Virus record (IMG/VR): IMGVR_UViG_3300036792_000284
Coordinates: 60,280-124,279 of that record
Length of the DNA: 64,000 bases
DNA from: a virus
Direction: 5' to 3' (one strand)
The position numbers were made by a program, and so were the translations under genes. How positions within the stretch are numbered: the first letter of the stretch is position 1; each line of letters starts with the position of its first letter. Shown here piece by piece: positions 1-8,227 of this stretch. Under the pieces are notes generated by a model. It was not told where the DNA came from and made no database searches. It saw nothing but the letters and a program-made list of their open reading frames with translations.

Positions 1-463
1 GGTCAGCGTCCTGGTCGGTCCGCGGGGCGCTCAGGCCGTCCCAGCCGGCCCCGCCGCGGTTGTGCGCGCAGATGCACAGCGTGTTCTCGTCGTACCGCTC
101 CTGGGCCCACGCCGTGTAGGCCAGGACGTCGTCGGAGACGATGACGTCCTCCTCGCCGCACAGCACGAACCCGGGGCGGAAGTTGTCGAACAGCGTGTCG
201 ATCCCCTCGCCGAGCGCGCGGTGCATGCCGGGGCTGCCGTGGGCGGCGTCGCTGTCGAGGATGACGACGATGTTCCGCTCCAGCTTCTCCTCCGCCTCCC
301 GGATGACGTCCATCTGGTCGTCGTACCGGTGCGACCGGCCGAGCGCGACGGCGATCATCCGCAGGTCCCCGATCTCGGGCACGGCGGCCCAGGAGGACAG
401 CACCCGGCTCAGGTACTCAGGACGGCGGCACGCGGTGATGAGCAGGGCCGTGTCGGTCAGCAT
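1..463 (-). CDS. GT-A fold glycosyltransferase (partial, runs off window edge)
   Basis: Manual translation from ATG 463: MLTDTALLITACRRPEYLSRVLSSW...VLCGEEDVIVSDDVL (N-terminal strand plus DxD-like motif); not in ORF track because truncated. Confidence 0.65.
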   Translation of the reverse strand, partial: MLTDTALLITACRRPEYLSRVLSSWAAVPEIGDLRMIAVALGRSHRYDDQMDVIREAEEKLERNIVVILDSDAAHGSPGMHRALGEGIDTLFDNFRPGFVLCGEEDVIVSDDVLAYTAWAQERYDENTLCICAHNRGGAGWDGLSAPRTDQDAD

Positions 464-1272
464 GCGTTCTCCCTCGGACGGAACCAGATGGCGGGCGCCG
501 GGCCTTCCGGGCGCCGGCAGCGGTTAACCGGGTCCCAGGACTCCCAGATCCACTTCGGCCAGGTCTCGTCCGGGTCCACGTCGGTGGTGCCCGGGTACAC
601 CTCGCCGCCGGGGTTCACCCAGCCGTGCGCCCACATCTCGTACGCAATGCCCGGCTGAGTGCCGTCGCCGCAAATCTTCGGCACAGCCTCGGTATGGCTG
701 AACGACCGGACCTTGCGCCTAATCACGTCCGGGCCGCCGAGCCAACTGAGATGCCACCCGGCATGCTCGATCCGGGGGTAGCGCTCCCGAAGCTCGCGCA
801 CCGCGTTGAGGGAATGGACGGCGCCGCGGCGGGCCAGGGACGCCATCACCTGCCGGTTGCCGAGCCGGTCGACCGCGCCGTACAGCAGCTGCAGGTTGCA
901 CCCGAGAAACGGCTCCGGCTGGGCTTTCAGGGTCTCGTGGAAGAGCAGCTCGTCCACGTCGGCGACGATGACGACGTCATCCGGCGCCGAGCCCTCAAGC
1001 GCGCGCATGGCGAAGTCCCGCTGGTGGCGCTCCCGCACCCAGGGGTCGTTCGTCTCCGGCGGCTCGTTGTCCACCAGGTGGACGATGCGGTCGGCCCACG
1101 GCGCGAACCGCTCCTTGTTCTCCGCGTAGTACAGGGGCTTCGGCTGGCCGGTGAACGTCAGCGGGGCCTCCACCAGGATGTGCCGGTAGATGTCCGTGTC
1201 CTCGTACTCCCGCAGGTGGCACTCAAGGATGTCCAGCTCGTCGCGGATCATGAAGGTGTCCCACAGCTTCAC
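457..1272 (-). CDS. Glycosyltransferase family 17-like (GnT-III/MGAT3-like)
   Basis: GTG start overlaps upstream stop; KLWDTFMIRDELDILECHL, LVEAPLTFTGQPKPLYY, WVRERHQRD, IVADVDEL, GWHLSW, IRRKVRSFSH match GT17 motifs. Confidence 0.8.
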   Translation of the reverse strand: MKLWDTFMIRDELDILECHLREYEDTDIYRHILVEAPLTFTGQPKPLYYAENKERFAPWADRIVHLVDNEPPETNDPWVRERHQRDFAMRALEGSAPDDVVIVADVDELLFHETLKAQPEPFLGCNLQLLYGAVDRLGNRQVMASLARRGAVHSLNAVRELRERYPRIEHAGWHLSWLGGPDVIRRKVRSFSHTEAVPKICGDGTQPGIAYEMWAHGWVNPGGEVYPGTTDVDPDETWPKWIWESWDPVNRCRRPEGPAPAIWFRPRENAC

Positions 1273-1817
1273 AGGACGACCCACCACAGCTTGTTGAACT
1301 GGACGTTGATCCGGTCGTCGGTGAACTGCTCTCGGACCCCGGCCGCCACCGTCGGGAAGTCCCAGTCGTCGCCGGCGAAGATGGCGCCGGGCACCGCGCG
1401 CGGCAGCAGCGCGGCGAGGTTGTCCGACACCTCCTGCGTGGTGTGCGCGGCGTCCAGGTGCAGGAACCGGATCGGCTTGTCCCACAGCTCGGCGAACTTC
1501 CGCCAGCCCATCTTCCAGGTGATGACGTTGCCGGCAGTGCCCTCGGCGATGTTGGCCTGGAAGATCCCGTAGTTGTCCCGCTTGACCAGCTCGGGGTTGA
1601 TGCCGATACCGGCCGCGGCCGACTCCGGGCCGTCGCCCTCCCAGTGGTCGACCACGTGCAGGAACGCCGGCACGATGGCGTTGGCGAGGGGGACGGCCGA
1701 CCAGCCCTGCCAGGTGCCGACCTCCACGACCTCGCCGGGCAGGTGGCTGGTGGACTGAGCCAGCCCGGCCAGAACAGCGATCTGGGCCGGGCTCATCCAC
1801 TGCTCGTCGAAATGCAC
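1269..1817 (-). CDS. Class I SAM-dependent methyltransferase (Methyltransf_24-like)
   Basis: VVEVGTWQGWS motif I, HVVDHW, FLHLDAAH, GAIFAGDDW. Confidence 0.85.
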   Translation of the reverse strand: MHFDEQWMSPAQIAVLAGLAQSTSHLPGEVVEVGTWQGWSAVPLANAIVPAFLHVVDHWEGDGPESAAAGIGINPELVKRDNYGIFQANIAEGTAGNVITWKMGWRKFAELWDKPIRFLHLDAAHTTQEVSDNLAALLPRAVPGAIFAGDDWDFPTVAAGVREQFTDDRINVQFNKLWWVVL

Positions 1818-1819
1818 GA

Positions 1820-2053
1820 CTACCCGGCGTCCGCGAGGGCCTGGCGGACCAGGGCGTCCTTGGCGTCGACCAGCCGCTGCAGCCCGATGGTCAGCTGCGG
1901 CCCGTCGCCGAGGATTTCGAGCAGCTCGTCCCGCAGGTCGCGGAACATGTAGGCCACCGCAGCGGGCGCACCGGCCGGAAGGTTGGGGTTCGGCTCAAGC
2001 CACAGGGCCTTCTCCTGCGTGGCCCCGTGACGGCCGGTCAGGTCGGTACTCAT
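1820..2053 (-). CDS. Small helical-hairpin protein, possibly Acb2/Tad1-like
   Basis: ATG 2053 overlaps dnaX stop; LLEILGDGPQLTIGLQRLVDAKDALVRQAL resembles the widespread P.GPE.T.GLRKLLEAKD.VRA pattern. Confidence 0.5.
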   Translation of the reverse strand: MSTDLTGRHGATQEKALWLEPNPNLPAGAPAAVAYMFRDLRDELLEILGDGPQLTIGLQRLVDAKDALVRQALADAG

Positions 2054-3201
2054 GCGTGCTCCATGATGCTTTTCATCTCGGCGAGGGAGGCCGGGCCGGC
2101 CTGCTCCGGAGCGATCGGTGCCGGAGGTGGGCACAGACGGCGGCCGACCTCGGATATGGCCAGCGACAGGGCCGTCTCGCGGTCGTCCACCCGCACCTTG
2201 GTCTGCAGGTCCCACAGCACGTGCATCGCCGCCGACACCCGCCCCGCCCCGAGACGGCCGATAAGCTCCTGGCGGGCGGCGAGCGCCTGCCCCTGCGCGG
2301 CGACGTCTCCCCCGCAGGCCAGCACCAGCAGGTCCCGCAGGCACCGGACCAGCTCGCGGGTGACGTGCCCGGGGTCGCCGTGGGCCGACAGCGCCTCGTC
2401 CACCGCGGCGTACATGGCAGTGGCGTTGCCGTCGGCGGCGGCGGTCAGCAGCGCGGGTGCGAAGTCGGTCTCCCCGGTCAGCTCGCGCCACATCTCCAGG
2501 GAGCCGATGCCGACGCTGGCCACCTGGTCGAGCCGCACCACGGCGTCGCGCATCGCCCCGCCGCTCGCCTCGGCGATGGCGGTCAGCAGCGCGGGCTCGG
2601 TCGAGAATCCCTCGGCCTGGCAGATGTGCGCCAGCCGGTCGCGGATGACGGGCACCGTCAACGGGTCGAACCGGAACGGGCTGCAGCGGCTGCGCACCGG
2701 CCTCGGCACCTTCTCGAACTGCGTGGTGACCAGGATGAACACCACGCCCGGCGGCGGCTCCTCAAGGACCTTCAGGATGGACTCGAACGCGGCGTCGGAC
2801 AGGCCGTGCGCCTCATCGATGATGTAGACCTTGTACTTCCCGCCAACCGAGCCGTAGTAGGCCCGCTCGCGGATAGCGCGGATCTCCGCCACCGTGCCGT
2901 TGCTGGCCGCGTCCAGCTCCTCCACGTCCAGGCTGGTGCCGTCGTCCACCGCCCGGCAGCTCGTGCACGCGCAGCACGGCCACTCGGCCGCCTTGCCCGG
3001 CGGGGTCTCGCAGTTGAGTGCCTTGGCCACGATGCGAGCCATGGTCGTCTTGCCCGACCCCCACTTGCCGTAGAACAGCATCCCGCCGGGCACGGTCTGA
3101 CGCTTGCACATCAGGTACAGCAGCGCCACCGCCGGCCGCTGCCCGGCGACGTCGCCGAACATGGCCGGGCGGTACTTCTGGGCCAGTGCGCCCTCGCTCA
3201 T
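2050..3201 (-). CDS. dnaX: DNA polymerase III clamp loader subunit gamma/tau (gamma-length, 383 aa)
   Basis: KYRP.F.DVAGQ, Walker A GKWGSGKTT, Zn CCACTSC, ELDAASN, IIDEAH, LKVLEEPP, SRC. Confidence 0.95.
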   Translation of the reverse strand: MSEGALAQKYRPAMFGDVAGQRPAVALLYLMCKRQTVPGGMLFYGKWGSGKTTMARIVAKALNCETPPGKAAEWPCCACTSCRAVDDGTSLDVEELDAASNGTVAEIRAIRERAYYGSVGGKYKVYIIDEAHGLSDAAFESILKVLEEPPPGVVFILVTTQFEKVPRPVRSRCSPFRFDPLTVPVIRDRLAHICQAEGFSTEPALLTAIAEASGGAMRDAVVRLDQVASVGIGSLEMWRELTGETDFAPALLTAAADGNATAMYAAVDEALSAHGDPGHVTRELVRCLRDLLVLACGGDVAAQGQALAARQELIGRLGAGRVSAAMHVLWDLQTKVRVDDRETALSLAISEVGRRLCPPPAPIAPEQAGPASLAEMKSIMEHA

Positions 3202-3455
3202 TCAGGCCTCCTCGTGATGGTGGTGCCGAGAAACACCGGGGCCGCGGCGGCAGGCTCCCGGACTTCGACAGGCAGACCGGCCGCGCAGACCGGACCCGGC
3301 TGCACCGCGCGGCGGTGCCCGAACTCGGCGCCGCAGTCCTCATCGCTACAGGCGAAATAGACGACGTCGCCGTCCTGCTCGGGCTCTGCCACCCCGCCGC
3401 ACTGCGGGCAGCTGGCGCTCTTCTCGAAAAACGCGGGCTCAGGCGGCCTGGTCAA
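3198..3455 (-). CDS. Small Zn-ribbon protein
   Basis: CPQC...CSDEDC; stop overlaps dnaX start. Confidence 0.6.
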   Translation of the reverse strand: MTRPPEPAFFEKSASCPQCGGVAEPEQDGDVVYFACSDEDCGAEFGHRRAVQPGPVCAAGLPVEVREPAAAAPVFLGTTITRRPE

Positions 3456-3570
3456 CGGCCTGCTCTGGCTCCAGCTCGGCGGGCGCGGGGACCCGGGTGA
3501 ATCCAGGTCCCGCCCAGTTGTCGGTGTCGTCTGGCGCAGTCCCGAAAGGCTGGCCGTACTGGTGGGTCAT
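3439..3570 (-). CDS. Hypothetical 43-aa peptide
   Basis: ATGA overlap with radical SAM stop; MTHQYGQPFGTAPDD...; fills the gap. Confidence 0.35.
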   Translation of the reverse strand: MTHQYGQPFGTAPDDTDNWAGPGFTRVPAPAELEPEQAVDQAA

Positions 3571-6512
3571 TGTGCAGCCTGGGATATCCACAGGTCCCTC
3601 CACAGGGTGTGAAGATCGGGTACCTGTAATACGCCGACCCCCGCGAGCGCCGCGATTACCTTCCCTTCGGCTTCGTCAGCGCACCGCGGGCAGAACTGCC
3701 CGGGCCAGGGGACGTCCAGCAGGTTGGAGGGCACCGGGAGCCCGCACCCCTCGCAGGCCTGCGCGCCGCCGGAGAAGAACTCGCGCCGCCAGGCGGTGTA
3801 CCGGGCCGCCTCGATCGCGCTGGCCTTGCCCGTCAGCGCGGCGTAGGCCTGGTACGGCCCGAGGCTGCCGTGCAGCATCATGCGCAGCACCGTCCGCTGG
3901 CCGTCGCGGACCACCCAGAAGTCGGACACGTGCTCCTTGGCGTCGCCGGGCTTGGCGGTCGCTCCGGTGTAGAAGCTGTCCGCGCGAATCAGGACCGGCA
4001 CCTGCTCCGCCGCGTCCCACCACCGCAGCCGCCGGGCGAGCACCGCGGCGTCGTCGGCCACCTCCAGGTCCCACAGGCTCTGCGGGCGGGCCGGCAGCTT
4101 CGCCGCGGCCGGGAGCACCTGGTAGTTTCCGCCCCAGCGCAGCCACGGGTGCAGGTGGACGGCAGCTTTAATCAGGAACTCGCCGATGTCGCACTGGTCC
4201 GCCACGCGGGTCAGCCCGAACTCCACGTAGTCCGTCCCGGCGCTGCGCTCGCGGTACCCGGTGCCGCCGGAGGCCAGCCGCACCGACTGACTGGCGATGG
4301 CCGGGAACGGCTCCGCCTCCTGCCGCCGCGCGCGCTCGGCCATGGCCGGGGCTGCCCGGAAGGCGGCACGCCGGAAGGTGAACTCCAGCGACTCGTTGGT
4401 GACGAACCGGAACTTCTCCGGCCGCTCCACCCGCATCCGGACCACCTGCGCGACCGTGGAGTGGTCGAGCGGCTGCACCGGCTCGGCCGCCAGGTCGCGG
4501 TCCACGGCTTGGACGTAGGCTCGGCGCAGCTCCAGGTCCTTGCGGTCGCATGCCCCGCAGGCGGTGCCGCTGCACTGCTGGTCGCACCGCGGCACCCATT
4601 CGTTGCCGTGATACCCGCCGGTTATATCACTGTCATATGTCTCGGCGTCGGTGCCTTCCAGCAGCTCCACCATGTCGCGGTAAACCCGCCACATGAGGGA
4701 CTTCTTCACGCCGGTGTCGATCATCTCCCAACCGAGCAGGTCCTCGTAGAACCGCTCGCCGAAGATGTCGTCCAGCCCGTTGCGGAACCCGTGGCTGACC
4801 ATGGCGGCGTCCAGCCGCTCGCGCATGTCCTTCGGGAACCCGCCCCACGACGCGGTGCCGTAGCCCTCGATAACGTCCACGATGGCCTCGCCCGCGTCCC
4901 GGCTGGCCCGCTGGCACGCCTGGAAGAACGCCATCTTGGACGGCGACGCCTTGCTCCCGATCTTCACCCAGACCCGATGATGGACCATCAGCTCCTTGAA
5001 CGCCTCGGCCAGCATGTAGTCGGGCGGGGTGACGGCGAACCACTGCATCGGCGTCTGGGACTCGATCAGCAGCGGGGTCCAGGAGAAGATGATCTGCACG
5101 CCCTTGGCGGCCTCGCCGAACGAGTCGCGGATGTCGGCCAGCCGCTTGCCCAGGTCCACGACCCGCATCACGTCGGCGCGCTCCTCGCCCGGCCAGTTGC
5201 TGATGAAATACAGCTTGATCTTGCGGATGCCGGCCCGGATCGCCTGCGTGACCGCCTTGGCCACGTCGTCGTCAGAAGTGCCCTTGCCGGCCAGGTCGCG
5301 CATCAGCTGCGACCCGCCCTCTAGGCCGAAGGTGACGGACCTGGTGCCGGATACCTGCAGCAGCAGGGAGAAGTCGCCGTCGCTGGTGTAGTCGTCGATC
5401 CGCATGGACGACGCGTCCACCTTGTCGGTGACCTGTTCCAGCAGCGCCGCAATCAGTGCCTTCTTCCGGGTGTGCATCGGCGGGTCGGGGGCGACCAGGC
5501 TGATATCGACCGAACCCATGTTCCGGCGCCACTCCCGGGCGCGCGCCAGTGTGCGCTCTTCGCCCTCCTGGACATAGGGCTTGTTCACCCAGGAGATTTT
5601 GCAGAATGAGCACCAGGCCGGGCAGCCGCGGCCGATCTCGACATCCCCTGAGCCCATGCCCGGGTCGGAGAACAGCACCGGCGCCGACGTCATCAGGTTC
5701 GCCTGGCTGAGGTCGCGGACGCGCCGGGACCGGAAGCTCGTGCCGAGGCCGGGCAGCAGCGAACGGTAGCCCGCCACCATCTTGGTCGGCTCAGGCAGCC
5801 CGCGGTCCTCGTAGCGGTAGTCCACCGCGGTGAACCGCGGGAAGTACAGGTAATTAAACTCGCGGGCCAGTTTGGTATAACAAGACTCCCGCGCAGCGGT
5901 CCATGTTCCGTCCTGCTTAAACTGGGCGATCCGCTCGCACACCGCGGCAATGCCGGGGTTGCCCGGTTCGTCTTCGGCCTCGCCCAGCCACACGCAGTCG
6001 ACCACCGGAGCCATAAACTCCGGGGCGCACCAGGCCTGACCGCCGACCACGACCATCGGGTAATCCTCGGCGTGTCGCGTCCGGTCCTCCCAGCGCAGCG
6101 GGACGCCGCTCATGGTCAGGAACTTGCAGAAGTTCATGAACAGCACCGTGTAGCTGATGCTGGTGCCCACCACGTCGAAGTCGGCCATCTGGTGCCGCGA
6201 CTCGATGCCGAACACCGGCACCTGGGCCTTTTCCAGCAGATCCATGTCCCGCTGGGTGGCGGGCAGGTACCAGCGGTCGGCCAGGCAGTACGTCTCCGCC
6301 TTGTGGATCGCGTCGTACAGCGCCGGGACGGCCATGTTGCCGGCCGCCTGGCTGTAATCCCAGGACGCGGCCAGCAGCCAGCGCACCCGCGCCTCGTCCC
6401 ACGGGCGGCGGGCGGCGTTCGGCTCGGTGCCCAGCATCTGGGCCGGCCCGTCGAGCCGGTAGCTGTTCTCGTCCAGCCACCGGGCGATCGACTCAGGGCT
6501 CCGGCCGGGCAT
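3567..6512 (-). CDS. TIGR03960-type radical SAM protein fused to a DUF2344/TIGR03936-like domain and a C-terminal Zn ribbon
   Basis: FGIESRHQMADFDVVGTSISY, PMVVVGGQ, EIGRGCPAWCSFC (CxxxCxxC), SMRID, GLEGGSQLMRD, CSGTACGAC, then VRMRVERPEKFRFVTNESLEFTFRRAAFRA; CEGC/CPRC at the end. Confidence 0.85.
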   Translation of the reverse strand: MPGRSPESIARWLDENSYRLDGPAQMLGTEPNAARRPWDEARVRWLLAASWDYSQAAGNMAVPALYDAIHKAETYCLADRWYLPATQRDMDLLEKAQVPVFGIESRHQMADFDVVGTSISYTVLFMNFCKFLTMSGVPLRWEDRTRHAEDYPMVVVGGQAWCAPEFMAPVVDCVWLGEAEDEPGNPGIAAVCERIAQFKQDGTWTAARESCYTKLAREFNYLYFPRFTAVDYRYEDRGLPEPTKMVAGYRSLLPGLGTSFRSRRVRDLSQANLMTSAPVLFSDPGMGSGDVEIGRGCPAWCSFCKISWVNKPYVQEGEERTLARAREWRRNMGSVDISLVAPDPPMHTRKKALIAALLEQVTDKVDASSMRIDDYTSDGDFSLLLQVSGTRSVTFGLEGGSQLMRDLAGKGTSDDDVAKAVTQAIRAGIRKIKLYFISNWPGEERADVMRVVDLGKRLADIRDSFGEAAKGVQIIFSWTPLLIESQTPMQWFAVTPPDYMLAEAFKELMVHHRVWVKIGSKASPSKMAFFQACQRASRDAGEAIVDVIEGYGTASWGGFPKDMRERLDAAMVSHGFRNGLDDIFGERFYEDLLGWEMIDTGVKKSLMWRVYRDMVELLEGTDAETYDSDITGGYHGNEWVPRCDQQCSGTACGACDRKDLELRRAYVQAVDRDLAAEPVQPLDHSTVAQVVRMRVERPEKFRFVTNESLEFTFRRAAFRAAPAMAERARRQEAEPFPAIASQSVRLASGGTGYRERSAGTDYVEFGLTRVADQCDIGEFLIKAAVHLHPWLRWGGNYQVLPAAAKLPARPQSLWDLEVADDAAVLARRLRWWDAAEQVPVLIRADSFYTGATAKPGDAKEHVSDFWVVRDGQRTVLRMMLHGSLGPYQAYAALTGKASAIEAARYTAWRREFFSGGAQACEGCGLPVPSNLLDVPWPGQFCPRCADEAEGKVIAALAGVGVLQVPDLHTLWRDLWISQAAQ

Positions 6513-6982
6513 CAGCCAGTCCCGCCGGATTTCCGGAAAAGAGCTGCTACGACGGCAGGGTAGCTGTCGCCGGTCGCCTGGACCCAGGTTCGCATCTGGC
6601 AGTTCAGCGTGATGACCCAGCGCGGCACCTTGGCGACCGGCCCCCCGTCGGCGCGAACGGGAATCCTGTCGAACCCGTCCATGCGACGGCTCAGGCTAGC
6701 CCCCGGGATATCCGCGCTCCCGAACACCGTCAGCCCCGCCGGGCCGCGAAAACCGATGGTGACCCACTCCGGGGAGTCGATCCCGGCGGTGAACCGGGCC
6801 TCGTTGTGAGCACGCTGGTAATCCGTGTCCCCGTAATACCACAGCGGGCACCCGCTGCCACTCTCGTTGAAGACGACCCCGAGGCCTTCCTCAAAGGTGA
6901 ATGACCACGACGTGCGCTTCGGAGCCCCGGCGTGGTCGATGCGGTCCGCGACCCGGCGCAGCAGTGCGGCGACCCGTCTCAT
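6512..6982 (-). CDS. Hypothetical protein
   Basis: 156 aa ORF coupled to both neighbours. Confidence 0.6.
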   Translation of the reverse strand: MRRVAALLRRVADRIDHAGAPKRTSWSFTFEEGLGVVFNESGSGCPLWYYGDTDYQRAHNEARFTAGIDSPEWVTIGFRGPAGLTVFGSADIPGASLSRRMDGFDRIPVRADGGPVAKVPRWVITLNCQMRTWVQATGDSYPAVVAALFRKSGGTG

Positions 6983-7650
6983 TCAGCTTCTCCCTCGAAC
7001 GCCTGCGTTACCCCGCCCGGGCCGAGCGCGAAGCGGACCTGCATGTCGGCGTACTCGGCATAAACCGGATCGTGGGTAATCATAACGACCTGCATGTCGG
7101 CCCGGTCGGCGATCTCGCGCAGGAACCGGGCCAGCGGCTGGCGGTAGACCGCCGACACGTGCGCGAACGACTCGTCCAGGAAGATGATCTTCCGCGCGGT
7201 CGGCGTGAGCAGGATCATGACCAGCCGGAGGATGGCGCCGACCACCACGACCATGCCGCCGCCGCGGGCGTCCATCACCGGCGTCTCGGTCACCGTGCCG
7301 TTGTAGTCGGACCGGATGACCGGCTCCAGCGTCGCCTGCCCGCCACTCTCGCCGGGTACCAGGCGGAAGGACAGGCTCTCGCCGAAGATGGACTGCAGGG
7401 CCTGCGTCGCCAGCTCCTCGAACTGGGCCCGCGCGCTCTCCTGCGCCTCCTCGCCGATCGAGGTCAGCAGCGCGGCCACCTTGGCGTGAAGGTCTACCTG
7501 CGCCGCGAGGCGCTCGATCTCGGCCTCGGCGGCCTGACCTGCGGTGGCTACCTGCTGTGCGCGCCCGGCCTGGCGGTCCAGGTCCCGGCGGCGCTGGCGG
7601 ACCTCGGCGGCGAGCGCGGCGACGTCAGTCAAGGACGGACCCACTGCCAC
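6979..7650 (-). CDS. sbcC: SbcC/Rad50 C-terminal half (signature, Walker B, D-loop, H-loop)
   Basis: N-terminal coiled coil, DARGGG signature, IIFLDESFAHVS, VVMITHD; no Walker A. Confidence 0.85.
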   Translation of the reverse strand: MAVGPSLTDVAALAAEVRQRRRDLDRQAGRAQQVATAGQAAEAEIERLAAQVDLHAKVAALLTSIGEEAQESARAQFEELATQALQSIFGESLSFRLVPGESGGQATLEPVIRSDYNGTVTETPVMDARGGGMVVVVGAILRLVMILLTPTARKIIFLDESFAHVSAVYRQPLARFLREIADRADMQVVMITHDPVYAEYADMQVRFALGPGGVTQAFEGEAE

Positions 7651-7781
7651 TCGGCCAGGTCCCCGGAGCGGCGGGACAGCCAGTCAGCGAAGTCTGACGG
7701 CGTGTCGAACGTGACCTTCCGCTCCCCGTCGGTGACGGCAGCTCTCTCGCCGGTCCGGAACGCCTCGTTGGTGATACTCAT
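7629..7781 (-). CDS. Hypothetical 50-aa protein
   Basis: MSITNEAFRTGERAAVTDGERKVTFDTPSDFADWLSRR...; start abuts upstream stop. Confidence 0.45.
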   Translation of the reverse strand: MSITNEAFRTGERAAVTDGERKVTFDTPSDFADWLSRRSGDLAEWQWVRP

Positions 7782-8227
7782 CAGGAAACCGCCGGCTCCT
7801 TGAGCAGGTGCATCTCCGTGGCGCGGTCACGTGCCAGCTCCTCGGCGAACAAGACCGGCTTCCCGTGCAGCACCGCGTAGACGATCTCTCCGGCCGTGGA
7901 GTCGCCGAAATAGCCGTCAGCGCTAGACACGACGTACACGTAGTCGGCGAGGTCAATCTTGCGCTTGTGCAGCTCGTCGAGCGTGATCTTCTCCTGCGAG
8001 TCGTGGCCCACGCCCTCCCCGTGACCGTGCTCGGCCTTGGCGTGAGGGTAGAACCCGACAGACAGGACGATCTGGCCCTGCATGGTCAGCTCGTAGTTCG
8101 CCCGCTGGAATTCGTCGTAGAAGCGCGTGGAGCCGCACAGGCACACTATGCGCGGGCGCTCGCCGCCGAAGTCGCGGACTAGGGCGTGGTGCTCTTCGCA
8201 GTCACCTGAGTAGTGCGGGTAGCTCAT
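7781..8227 (-). CDS. Nucleoside deoxyribosyltransferase-like fold protein
   Basis: IVCLCGSTRF, LDELHKRKIDLADYVYVV, YFGDSTAGEIVYA...GKPV. Confidence 0.65.
   Translation of the reverse strand: MSYPHYSGDCEEHHALVRDFGGERPRIVCLCGSTRFYDEFQRANYELTMQGQIVLSVGFYPHAKAEHGHGEGVGHDSQEKITLDELHKRKIDLADYVYVVSSADGYFGDSTAGEIVYAVLHGKPVLFAEELARDRATEMHLLKEPAVS

Noticed and set aside
457-1800. 447-aa ORF as one protein; likewise 10493-11752, 21887-22999, 27240-28070, 31858-33771
   Set aside because: The N-terminal extensions overlap other real genes in a different frame; true starts are the internal codons that overlap or abut upstream stops
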